Below, piece after piece: positions 50,837 through 63,369 of a stretch of DNA of 64,000 nt. Made by a program: the position numbers and the translations under genes. The DNA comes from Tubulanus polymorphus. Taxonomy: Eukaryota; Animalia; Nemertea. The DNA lies in the NCBI RefSeq assembly GCF_964204645.1, contig NC_134035.1, positions 4,402,001 to 4,466,000 of the forward strand, in the 5' to 3' direction. A model generated the notes under the pieces. It was not told the DNA's origin, did no database searches, and saw only the letters and a list, made by a program, of their open reading frames with translations. Each line of letters opens with the position of its first letter. Position 1 is the stretch's first letter.

Positions 50837-53759
50837 TTAAGGGCATTCTAGATTCTCAGCCACATAATAAGTCAACACTAGATTTATAATCTGAGTAGTT
50901 TTAGCCACACCGTGTAATATTATTGTTCTTACATTGAACACATTCCAGATACTCAGTTGATGAGCTGTTCCATGTTGCAACTTGCTTTAGTACCTGTGTT
51001 GTAATTCTCTGCCCTGTACAATGATTTTCTTACATTAAGGGCATTCTAGATTCTCAGCCACATAATAAGTCAACACTAGATTTATAATCTGAGTAGTTTT
51101 AGCCACACCGTGTAATATTATTTTTCTTACATTGAACAGATTCCAGATACTCGGTTGATGAGCTGTTCCATGTTGCAACTTGCTTGATTACCTGTGTTGT
51201 AATTCACTGCCCTGTACAATGATTTTCTTACATTAATGCTATTCTAGATTCTCAGCCACATAATAATTCAACACCAGATTTATAACCTCTGTGTTTTAGC
51301 CACACCGTTCAATATAATTCTTCTTACCATACATTGAACACATTCCAGATACTCGGTTGATGAGCTGTTCCATGTTGCAACTTGCTTGATTACCTGTGTT
51401 GTAATTCACTGCCTATCCAATGATTTTTTTCTTACATTAGAGACATTCGAAAGTCACACGAGCTCTTCCAAGTTAATATGAGATTAATTTTTAGCGTTGT
51501 AGGTCCCTATCCGATCCAATAACTGTCTTCTTATACTGAGGACATTCGAGATACTCAGTCCATGAGCTCTTCCAAGTTACAACTTGCTTGATTACCTGTG
51601 TTGTAATTCGCTGCCCCAGTCAATGATATTCTTCTTATTTGCTTTCGACAGTCGCTCGAGTTCTTTTTGATCTTAAAATAGGGATTGTCCCCATTATTTA
51701 TTTATTTGGCTGGTAAATTTTGTTTGATTTTTCGATTGAGTGTCCCTTACAGACCCACCACACCTGCCGGGAGCGAAACAGGGGGTTTGATTTTGAAATC
51801 GGAAATCGAAGTACAGATATAGATGTGTGATCGGCGGTCGAGTTAACAGAATATTTTTAAATCGAAGTACATAATTGGAAATTCGGTTTCGGTTCATCCA
51901 AACAATGTTCCATTCAGTCTGAACCGGCAAGCGACTGGGATGAATTTTTCTGGCTGCCTAATTTAATACATTGAGATTCTGGAAATAGCTATATTACAAG
52001 GTTGAAGATCATTTTGTCCATTTTTATATTTTTTTGGTCTTTTTCTACGTGTAAATAGTCCGATAGTTTATTGTGGTTTTTTTTTTCTTGGGTAGCTGTT
52101 GATGTAAAAGTCCTCTAAGTTGATGATTCCGCGTGTTGACTAGATAGGAAGAAAGCACATTTCGAAACGCAAATTTTCCAGATGAGAGTATGGCCCTGGG
52201 GTATCCGAAGTTTAGTTGTGTGACATCGACGGTGCAGCTCCGATGAGGATGGGTTCTCCGTCAAGGGGTGCGCAGTTGGTACTCAACATCTGGTGCTGAA
52301 TTTGCCTAAAAGTAAAATTTTTACGCTGGGAGCAGTTTTTCTGTTTCTAATATACAGTGCATAGTTAGGTCCGTGAATGTATCGCAATCAAACTGACAGT
52401 GCTATGCGCATTGATAGACTGTCAGTAAGAAAGCGACACAAACACGTGAATATTGAATACATGTTTGTACACTTACATATATACAGTCTTGATCGGGTTT
52501 TATTTACATTGTCACGACTATGTTTTTGGTAGTTTTTAATGAGACTGATGTAAAGAGGCAACTTTCCAGTCACCATTGCGCGTACCGGTAGATAGACTGA
52601 GCTTGCTTGAGTTCTTAACGTGCGGGGCGTCGTTTAAATATTTTTACTGCGGTGCAAGGGGATCCAAAGGACATACAGTTGGTTTATTAGTCCATGCATC
52701 ACAGTAGAATGACTACTTCGATAAGTCATAATAGGTGAGAAAAGATTCCGATGGCCGACATCGAGCTGCGACAGCATTTCCTTGCTCCAGCTAATGTATT
52801 TCATGTGGCACGAATGACATATCAGATATTCTATATTCTACATCTAACACCTACCTGGTTCTTGGATTGATTCCGGTTCTGACCAGTTCTGTATTGGGAG
52901 AAGGAATCGTCATACCGTCAACTTCCTCATTGAAGCCTTTGTCATCTTCCACTCAATTAAATTCACACTTTCTTCTACTGATTGCACACTCCTACGCTCC
53001 TTCCAGTTTGGTTGTAGAGATATTCGATTCCGTATCACAGCAGAATGTCTACTTGTGACGCTATCGCTTTATATGATATAGGGAAACTGCCTGATATGTG
53101 AGCATTTCACAGTTTGATGAGTGATCATTGAGTGTCAGAATGACTTAATCAAGTGATTGTGATAAAAACTAACCAAAAATTAAAAGATAAAAACACATTA
53201 TCAATGATTAACACATAGATTCGTACATTGCAATTAACAGAGTGACGAATTAACAGAAATTTGATCTAACTATTGTGAATAATACAAACTCATAGAATAA
53301 TATACATGAAAAATGAAAAACTAATGGTTTAATATATATGATAAATCGGAAGTTGAATGTTGAAATGAAAAGTTGATTTTGATACCTTATAAAAAGTTAC
53401 CATTATGAAACCTAAACAATGTTAACCATTCAGCGTCATTTTATAAATTCCAACCGTAAATCGATGTGCAAAACGTCACATGTCTATGTGTACACTATTT
53501 GGCTAAATATTATTGACAAAGATGTAGACCATCGTCGACCAAATCAGTTAAATCGTCATTTTCTTCTACTGATAGCAAGCTCCTACCAATTAGGTTGTAC
53601 GGATATTCAATACTGGTTAGTTCGCCTGGTTTCAACATGGGTATTTGTCACGCATTTAGAAAAAGCAGTTCATGCAAACGAAATTTAACCAAAAATAGCT
53701 GAATATTTCAACAGGTTAGCAACAGAATCGCAGTCGTTTCCAAATATTTGCTTTTTCAA

Positions 53760-56370
53760 CTGGCTGACAGATTGCTGTGTTCGATCCAAGTAGACAGACA
53801 TTGAAGGGGCACAGTCAGCAGCAGCAGCTTGCTCTCCATCTTGATTCCAGGGCACACTCCTTCCAGCAAATATGCCTGGAAAAACAAATCATTTGTACTT
53901 CCACCTGAAAATTCATGTTATTAAAAGTGATTCCCACCATTCTTATTCAATTTCATAAATAAATGAACTTGAAATGAACCCATGTTCGTGCCAGGAATAA
54001 ACCTATTCAAATGTAGGTGAACCCCTACTGCATCGGTACACGGGAACGCACTAATCCAACATACGTGTTGTTATTTCGGCAAACCTGTTCTCGATGCGAC
54101 TTTGAAATGTGGGTGATCACGCAAGTCACCTTCGGGTTGCTGAACTCGCACAACTTACACGAAAATACAGTGCCGGCAGGGTAGGATTAAACAATACATA
54201 TAAACTAATATCCGGGTCGACAATACACGATACATGTCTCTTCTGGGCCTCCCAAAATAAATAGTCCAGATCTTGCCTGAATCTATAACAGGCACACCCA
54301 AAGTATTGTTAGCCTGTTCACCAATGAATGCGTTCAACAATTTCTTGATTTCCATTTCGATTGTGACATGATTGCGGTTTTTCTGCGACAATGAAGCACA
54401 AGTTCTTTCTTGAAGACTTTCGCCTGCACTTCACTACCGGACAGTGACGGCACACCGAGTTCCGCCCTCTTCACACAAACTAAAAGAGCAATGTCATCTG
54501 CACCCCATTCAAAGATACAGCCGGACAATCTTTGCATGAATATTCCATACATCTGATGCCATCAGTTGTACATTCGTTTGTACTACGCCGCATAAAATGC
54601 AATGAGTCCAAACATACTTCTAAATCTGGCCAAGCAGAAAGCAATTGGCTGTATCAGCTGCATTTCCTTGAAGCTTTTTCACAATCTGAAAAAAAACAAG
54701 AAAAAAAGGGTCCATGAGAGTTTTATCAGCTAAAAGTGCGAAATGAAATATATTTCGTGATGCTTTACCTTTTACCGGTGCGTCGATTGCAGCAGTCGCG
54801 ATCCACATATATATAGGGCGCTTGACGGGTCTACATTCGCATCCGATTATCGGTTCACAATACCAGTGGCCATCTGCTGTAAACCTTCGCCCCCACCTGC
54901 CGTCAACACCTGGCTGAACTCATTCCCCATATTGGTAACCCAATTGCCTGTACCGGCTGCATTTCCTCGTAGCATTTTCACAATCTGAAAAAAGAAGAAA
55001 AATGGGTCCATTAGAGTTTAATCAGCTAAAAGTGCGAAATGAAATATATTTCATGATGCTTTACCTTTTACATTGAGTCCATTTTCACAACGCTTCCAAA
55101 CACCGAAGTTTTGTTTGATTTGACCTCGTCCAATCTAGACAAAATGTCCAAACAATAAACGTAGAGAAAACAATGTGGTTTTGGCACAAATGGCATTTCT
55201 GGGGAATCTTTGAATGCAGTTTGCGAGTTTTTCTTGCGTCTGATCCTTTCTTACGTCTCTATCCAACAGTGATGGCAAACCGAGTTCAGCTCTCATCTGT
55301 GCTGATTAGGAGAGCAATGTCATCCGCACACTCCACGCAAAAATGCAACTGGGCAATCTTCTCATAAATGTTTCGTATAAATGATGTAAATCGGTCATAC
55401 AACAAATGACAATCCACTGCATAAAGTGCCAAGGTCTAAGCGCACTTCCAAATTCTGCCAGGCTGAAAACGTATCGCTGGTACAACTATTATTATAAGGC
55501 ACTCGGTGGCCCAACAGTGGCACCCACATATCGTTTTATAATTCCATTGACCATTTGCTGTAAGCTTTCGCCTTCTGCCGTCAATACAGTGACCAACACC
55601 TTGCCGAACTTAGGACCCATATTGGTTACCTAATTGGCTGTGCAAACAGCTATTCTTTGCAGCTTGTTAACAATCTGAATAAAAAGAAGAAAAAGGCTAC
55701 AAGATAGTTGAACTGGGCTAAAAGTGCAAAAAAATATATTTTGTTATACTTCACCTTTTTCGTTGAGTCCATTTTCAATACATTTCCTAACACTGAAGTA
55801 ATGTTTGACTTCACCTCGTCCAGACAAATCTTGACAAAACATCTAAACAATAAACACGGAAAAACCAACCTGGATTCAGTAAAGATGGCATTCTGGGGAA
55901 TATTGAACACAGATGATTGGCTTATCAATACATTATAGATTGCGTTCTTATACTGAGAAAAGTTGGCCCATTAGTGCACCGTTTTTGTAAGCCACAATTC
56001 CGTATGCAGTTGCATCGCACTATTTCCGGGACCTCATTGCCGAAAAAGCCTGATAGCACGGATATCACATGCAATACGGTAAGTCAGAATCAGCGAAAAA
56101 TGTTCTGATTGTGGCATGCAGGAAACAACGAGTTAAAGCCATCTATATCCAACACCTCACTGGTTCTTGGGTAGATTCAAGCTCCAGTCAGTTTTGTATT
56201 GGGACACAAAATTTTTTCATGAAAGTACCGTACAACTGATGGGAATCAGTTGTACACCCGACCGCGAATCTCCGCATGAAATGCCAGATATCGAGGCGAA
56301 TTTTCAAATCTGGCCAATCGTCGAACATTCGAGCCAACGAATCGCTGCAGCAATCGCGATCAACGTATTG
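53760..56370 (-). pseudogene. Scrambled partial copies of a DxxH/DDE transposase-like (DUF6729-like) gene; further pieces at ~44730-44935 and ~45990-46260
   Basis: LKMDSTKK (55 kb), GCIFEW..KELVLHCRR (54.4 kb), AYLLEG (53.87 kb), AGEGEGLKQMADSLIKRYQ (44.9 kb), QLEKKIREQRSENYL..AHYL (46.1 kb); 56200-56370 duplicates 57145-57300. Confidence 0.75.
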
Positions 56371-56429
56371 TGATTAGATATAACATAAAAAATGGTCAAC
56401 AGATTAGATATGTTACACTGTAAAATTCA

Positions 56430-58680
56430 AAATATATAACCTGTGTACTGCTTTGGTTGTAATTGTTGCAACATTTTGTATCTGTTTTAAAAACTGCGGA
56501 GTACAGCTGATTAACCATGTGCTGCAATAGGCCACTAAAAACAGTAGGCCAACAGAGTCAGCTGTTGATCCAGCCACACTTCGATCAATGTTCCATCGAA
56601 CCATGCCTTCCAGCAAGTACGCTTGAAAATGAACATCATTCGCGCTTGTTCCTTAATAAGATGGTAAAATCTAATAACGAGAAATTTGTATGAAGCCTTA
56701 AAAAGAATAAGTATTGAATGCTAATCATCACGCATAAAACTATTCATGTGTAAATGAAACGACTCCAGAGAAGTTGATCCTAGCGCGCATCAATAAACCG
56801 GAAGATGCCGCCTTACTTCGTCGATGTTTGGCTGTATAACACAAATTCCGGCCGATCCAAGATACAACTAATGTGCTGTTGCTGGACCTCCCAAATTATC
56901 ATATATTCTCGCTGTCGAGATATGGCACACCAAGAGTATCGGCTCCTTGCTCATCGTTGAATGCTTTCAGTTCTTTGATCAGATGATATATCTCCTCCAA
57001 TGATCCCGTTCTTCGTCGACAATGGCGGGCTAACTCCTTTTCCGATGGCATAACATCTACATTTAAACCGAGTTCAGCTGCTTTTGCTCGATGCAATAAA
57101 GAAATATCATCTTCGCTCCATTCGAAGATGCAGCCTGAAAACGGTTTCATAAAAGTACCATACAACTGATGGGAATCAGTTGTACACCCGACCGCGAATT
57201 TCCGCATGAAATGCCAGATATCAAGGCGAATTTTCAAATCTGGCCAATCGTCGAACATTCGAGCCAACGAATCGCTGCAGCAATTGCGATCAACATACAA
57301 CAGTTCAGGAGGGTTGACTCCAGCATCGCGATAATGAGCGATAATTCCAGATGCCATTTTATGTAAACCATTTCCCTCGCTGACTGTGAGCACGCTAATT
57401 AGAACTTGTCATACTCATTGCCAATGTTGGTGGCCCTGGAAGCGGTTCCTGCTGCACTACCAGCTAATTTTTTTGTTATCTAGTAAAAGTGATGAATTAT
57501 TGAAAAATATTGAACTTAATATAAACATACCATTATTTTCTTTAGTACTTGCCCTCTTGGTAGAGTCCATTCTCATGATATTCCCATATGTCGACGTTAT
57601 AGCGGCCTTGACCTCCAACAATCTCTTCAAAATATCTAAGGTGTAACCAGTCCGGTTGTGGCAAGTTTGGCATCGCTGGCAGTTCTCGAAATACAAATGG
57701 TTCGACCAAAGTCTTGGATTGAGACTCGCGAAATTTTTCGCAGTCCGCGAGATAATGAGCCATTCGCTGCAACCAATATTCACCGTGTTGATCGTTTAAC
57801 TTTTTCTGTAAGTGGGTTGAGCTATTTCCCAAGCCACGCTGCCGGAGAAGACGAATGACGCGATCATCACACGCGTAATGAATTGTCAATATGGGCGTGA
57901 AAAGCGCTCGGTCGGTGTTTTACATCGAGTTGATCGAGCAACTGGCTACTCCATCCGATAGATTTCTTTTTTACATTTCGGGCATTCAAGGTATTCTGTA
58001 GCAAAAATTATAATAGCCGTCGATATCAAGGACCTGACGAACGTGTGGATACAGACCGGCTGACGTTAGTTCTACCTGATTACATGTTTTATGAGCGCAG
58101 AATAATTTTAGACGCCAGAGTTTTCTGGGCATCCACAAGAGAAGTTTCGTCGAAAATAAGGATTTCAGCGTGATATTATCTCCGACCCTTCTCGCGACTC
58201 GGTGTTGGGTGTTCATCGCAATGCATCAACACCAAGCACTCGACATACCGTTGCAATCTTGCCACTGAGCCGGTCCACTCTATCCCACAAAACATCAATA
58301 CGGCTAGTCAGAATCAGCCAAAAATGTTCTTATTGTGGCACACAGGACACAACTAGTTCTTGGGTAGATTCCAGCTCCAGTCAGTTTTGTATTGGGACAC
58401 ATGCGGCATTTGAATTTCATGCACTACATTCTACTTAGCATCCATAACAATAACCTTGTATAATCTTTCTTTTTTAAGAATCTTTCCAAAGTATGAATCT
58501 GGGTTCGGTATCTGCTGAAGCGCTGCTGGATATTGGGGTCGGTAATACCAGAAACAAATCGATTTTTGTAGAGTCGAGTTGAGCTTAGTCCCCTCGCTTT
58601 AGCTTAAACCGCACCCACAAAATCCATTTCCGATTAATTTCAGGGAGGGTTTCTTTCCAGCCAGCTGGTAGTGGGAACTA
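56430..58680 (-). pseudogene. Longest copy of the DUF6729-like DxxH/DDE transposase gene (N-terminal and core part, with introns)
   Basis: LLLWMPRKLWRLKLFC..LTSAGLYPHVRQVLDIDGYY; QRGLGNSSTHLQKKL; MRMDSTK; PPELLYVDRNCC; RLDIWHFMRKF; GCTTDSHQLYG; GSTSLESFHLH; FQAYLLEGMVRWN; frameshifts and stops. Confidence 0.8.
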
Positions 58681-59313
58681 CAGACTTTTCTTCAAATTCA
58701 AAATACCATAAAAGTAACATAATATTATAAAAGTATAACTAATCATAATCTATTTTCAATATACGTGACAGTTTAAACTAGCTCAGCATCACTGAGTTCA
58801 GTATTGTCTGTTCGACACAATAGTTATGAGATTGTTAGAAAATATTTGTTACCATGACAGTATGTTTTTCTAGACTTATAAGGATTATCATATCATCAAA
58901 TCAAGTTACATTTAAGGTTCTTCCCTTGAGTCTTATTCATGTGTTAATTTTCTTTCGAGGCAAAAGTTTCTTTGCGTTCAGATTAGAAGCCAAAGTACTT
59001 CTTGAATGCAAATTTATTTTTTGAGAGAGGCCTTACTCTGTTGACGATCTAACTGGCATATCTGAGTCCGTTTTCGATGAGCCATTTTAACAACCAACCC
59101 TTAAACATGCTGAACTGTAACTTATTTACGGATAGCACATCCTGTTCATTTGATGGATCTCCGCCATCGAGTCTAGTCTCATGAAGCGCAAGTTTGTGGA
59201 CTAACATTGGATGCTTACACTGAAAAGTTCCAGAATTATTCGAAAGTTTCTTCAATTTAAGATTTCTTATCTAAATGTCTTTTTTCTATTTTTTCTTAAC
59301 CGAATTTCATCGA

Positions 59314-59740
59314 TCAAAAAACTTGCCTAATTCTCAAAGCGCGAAGAAATAATCCTTGAGCTAAACCGAGTTTAATATCCGGAGAAGTAAAAGAGAAGTA
59401 ATGGAGGTAGGATTCAGCGTTGGTAGGTTTCCTATAAACCGCGAATTTCAAAAAGGATCTACAGTTAAAACTCAAAACATCCAGAAAAGGTATTTTACTA
59501 TTAGATTCCCATTCATACGTAAAAGCCAGAGACGGGTAAAGGGAGTTTAAATAAATAAGAAAGTTATCAACATTGAAGTCAAAGGGAACCAAAGCCAGAA
59601 CATGGTCAACATATCTGAGCCAGATTTTAGGGTGAATATCAGTATAAAGAGGCAATATTTCAGATTCAACATGTTCTAGGAATAAATAAGCTAGAATAGG
59701 ACTAAGAGGATTTCCCATAGCGATACCAAATGAGAATCCC
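59314..59740 (-). mobile_element. Penelope-like reverse transcriptase fragment
   Basis: GIAMGNPLSPILAYLFLE..WLRYVDHVL (YVDD degenerated)..IPFLDV..VYRKPT..YLHYFS..GLFLRALRI. Confidence 0.85.
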
Positions 59741-60074
59741 CCGCAATCTTCGAAAATCTCTTGAATCAATCTTGTCTTCCCTCTGCTTTTTTAAGGGCTT
59801 GGGACCTTCTGAACAAACTTTGTCCAGGCAGCATTAAAGACAGATTTTTTTTACATTTTTTTGTTTTGATATTTTTTTGAATTTTTTAATTTTTTTTCAT
59901 ATTTTAAAACATATTTTTTTCAATATTGAGCATAATCTTTTCTCAATTTAAAATGTTTCGTTTTTTTTTTCAATATTGAGCAGTTTCTTTTCTCAACTTA
60001 AAATCTTTCATTTTTTAAATATTGAGCATTTTTTTTCTCAACTTTTCTGACATAAAACATTAATAATAACACTA

Positions 60075-62450
60075 TAACTTTCTATAACTTTCCACTTTAT
60101 AAGCAGGTAATGACTTAATCCATTCTTGATATGGTTCACCGGTCGTAGAAGGGCAATACCAACTACCATAGTACTGTTTATGATCACTGCCCCGAGGATT
60201 CCTACATTTACTACATATTGTCGGTCCCTTTCATTCTTTGTAGCGTTTAACCTGCTCACCCGCTGCTGCCTCTTCGGTTTGTTTCTGGCGATACCATTGA
60301 GTACTGGACGGAACTGATGATGACGGAACTGATCTATACGACGGCACATAGGACGAACACGGCACTGAAGATGATGACATAAACGGTTGTCGAATGACTC
60401 GTAACGGATTATTGATCGGATTCGGATTTTGTTGTAGTATAATATATTGCGGAGTTTGCGGCTGTGATAAAGTTGCTGTAGACGAACGCTTTGAAGATGA
60501 ACGACGAGTCTTGGCTTGACCAGCTGTATTTTCTGGAATTTGAAACTTAAATACATTGTCTGACACTGGATATGATATTGGCGTTAATTTCTTCGCAGCT
60601 GGCACATTTTCAGAAGTAAATTTTGGCATCGGTAGAGTAATACCCTGCTGTAACACCTCATTTTCTTGTTTCTTTGCACGTTTGTTGTACCTAACAAATA
60701 AATATAGGAGACATATTTACTACCAAAATGTATAATACAGCCTTTGGCCATTTTTCATAGCCGAGTAGCGCTGAAAGAAAATAGAAATATGACTGCCTAA
60801 AACATCTACGCTAGTTGGGTAAATCTGAAATGAAGTTTCTTTATTAGGTAGCATAATAAATGAAAAAATTAAATATTTAATATCAAATGAACCTGCAATT
60901 ACAAATAGGTTTTCTTACCATTGTGCCAGTGTTGTATTATTTATCTCAACAAGCTGAATTCCACAATTCCGGATAACTGTTGCATTGCCCATTACTACAT
61001 CTTTGATGGCTTTGTATTCTTTTATTACTCTGGTCCATCGATGAACAGTCCCTGATTTCTTCTTTTCGGGGCTCGGAAACATTTCACATAAAAGAATCAC
61101 TAATGCCTCCACGTACCGATTACAATCTGGCCATTGCGCTGGACTACCATTTTCAACAAAACATCTAGAAAAATTTTAAAGACAAACATAACAATCAATT
61201 TCAATTTCAACTGGAAAGAAAAGAAGCTATAATACAGAGCTTCTAGGACAAGCTAGGGAAAAAATAGGTGTTACCGTACCTCCTAGTACTCTCGACCCCA
61301 GGCACAACAGTTGATTTTGAAATCTTAAAACGCCCCTGAGTGAGCTTATCCTTGTAGCGGGGGCTAAACTTGGTGGGTCATCTGTCAAATTCATTCAGAT
61401 TCTGCCATGATGTAACTACTTCTTTCGCCTGCGAGTTTGTCAGAAATTTCCGATCCCGCAATTTCAGTAGACACGACGCTAGATTTTGAACCTGGTCATA
61501 GCCGGGAATACCATCTGGACCAACGGAAACCTTAAAACGATATAAATGAAATTATATACAAATAAAAAATCAATTTACATAAGGAATAAACATAGAGTCT
61601 ACAAGCAAATAATTTTGTCTCAATTATATTACTCATTTTAATTTAACGGGTGTCTGCAATTTAAACTGAAATGATTATATATCGGGCTATTTATTAGAAA
61701 TCAAAATGACATACATCTTCTTCAGCAGTAGGTGTTGTCGGTTTTTCGTCGACTTCTCTATTCTCACTCAATGACTCTAAAACTAAGGAATGAGGGAAAA
61801 AATAATTAATGGAGATGTTGTATCCATACTGAAAAATAACTTATTAATAGCAAGTTTATTATATAAAACTTAGCAGCATAAAAGTTTAGATAAAAAACTA
61901 GCTGTGAAACATACACTCTGTAGATGGCATTTCGATTTCTTCATCTGAGATGTTCAACGGAATAATCGATTTTGGTTTCGGTTTGATACTCTCTACGGGC
62001 GGGACAGTCAGATCATCGATTTCCATGAAGCCCTCGTCCTCTTCCTCTATATCATTATCTTCCGTTTCAGTTTCGGCATTTATCTTTTGTAGGGCTGTAC
62101 CTGTCTGTTTGTAGAGGTATTCAATCCCGATTAATTCACCTAAATTTATTTGAAAAATAATAAATTATCATTAAAACATTTACAGATCCTGATTGATGCT
62201 TGTAACCTGAAAGAATTTTAACATTTCAAAATGAAATAAAATTAACAATAAATTTAAATCTATTAAGTCTATAAATATTTTACTATGAACTCACCAGTGT
62301 ACACTTATGGAGTCCGGAAAGAACAAATATCTTTTTCAAACAAACTTTTGGCGAGTCTGTTCACTGCTTCTTGGACGTGGCCTGAGTATACTCTTAGACT
62401 TGAGTGACTGCTACCCGTTGCTGCCGCTCTGTCACGATTCCATCGACTTA
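60075..62450 (-). pseudogene. C-terminal multi-exon part of the DUF6729-like gene
   Basis: Exons with canonical GT-AG: YT|GELIGIEYLYKQTG (62139-61915), GPDGIPGYDQVQNLA..GRFK..PGVESTRR (~61531-61280, one TGA), SPAQWPDCNRYVEA..NNTTLAQW, YNKR..CSKC..HKQYYGSWYCP (one stop). Confidence 0.8.
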
Positions 62451-62556
62451 CTCCATCCAAAAGGAATGCTTGAGGTTTATTTGAGGATTTCCCATAGCGA
62501 TACCGAATGTCTGTTCGTAAATAAAAAGTCTATCACGGTTTATAATTCCGCGGTCG

Positions 62557-63260
62557 TCAAAGAACATAAGGGTTTCTGCGGGTCAGCTTCTTATAAATGA
62601 TGCCAACGCCAACTGAACCTTTCTTCGAAAACCGTTTTCTATTTTTTAAATGAGCTACATAAGAAGCAGGCAAACTATTGCTTAGCTCACGATCTACATC
62701 ATCTAGATGAGTTTCCGTTAAACATACAATATGGTAACCGCAGATAAAATCTAAAGATTCCGGGATGTCAAGCTTGCTTGTCAAACCACACACATTTAGG
62801 GTAGATAAATTCATACTAACTGGATCATCAATAATCATATTTTGCCCATCACAAGAGCCTGCAAGTTTCACTATCGGCCGTAACATTAATTCTTTAATTA
62901 TTTACAACAAATGAATCTAAACTTTCATTTCCGCTATTTACATCTTAAATATATATGTGAATAATATTTACAAACTCTATAACATAACAACGCTTTCTTG
63001 ACTGGAGCACCGCACGATCAACAAACTCAAAACAGAAGCCCTCCGGGACATCCTAGACGCTGTCCATATCTGAACGATCACGCTGATCACGGATTACTAG
63101 TTTATCGCGGACAGAGAACGCACGCTTTCCACTGGCTTTCGCAGCCCGCAATTCAGGAAGTTTCTCACGCCTATGGGATGCCCATTCCTCCCGGACATGT
63201 TCGCTAAGCCCTGTCGATGATCCGGCAGCAAGGTTTTTCGTGGCGGAATGCACAAATTTT
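62557..63260 (-). mobile_element. LINE (CR1/L2-like) fragment: ORF1 end plus APE endonuclease start
   Basis: GLSEH..RREKLPELRAAKASGKRAFSVRDKLVI (ORF1 C-terminus type); LNVCGL..IVCLTETHL..GVGIIYK (APE motifs). Confidence 0.75.
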
Positions 63261-63369
63261 TCCGTCTTCGTGGTGTTCAAATTTTGCAACGATACACAAG
63301 GTTTTTTCAGCCGAGTCTTATTCCTGCCCATTCGATGCGATCTCGCAAATTCTGTACAGCTACAAATAT

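Larger units (their letters stand above)
47990..51640. repeat. ~198-bp satellite (internally dimeric), split by the piggyBac insertion (47990-48279 and 50841-51640)
   Basis: Unit GGGCATTCTAGATTCTCAGCCACATAATAAGTCAACAC...CATGTTGCAACTTGC...CTTACATTAA repeats at ~48081, 50841, 51039, ~51237. Confidence 0.9.
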
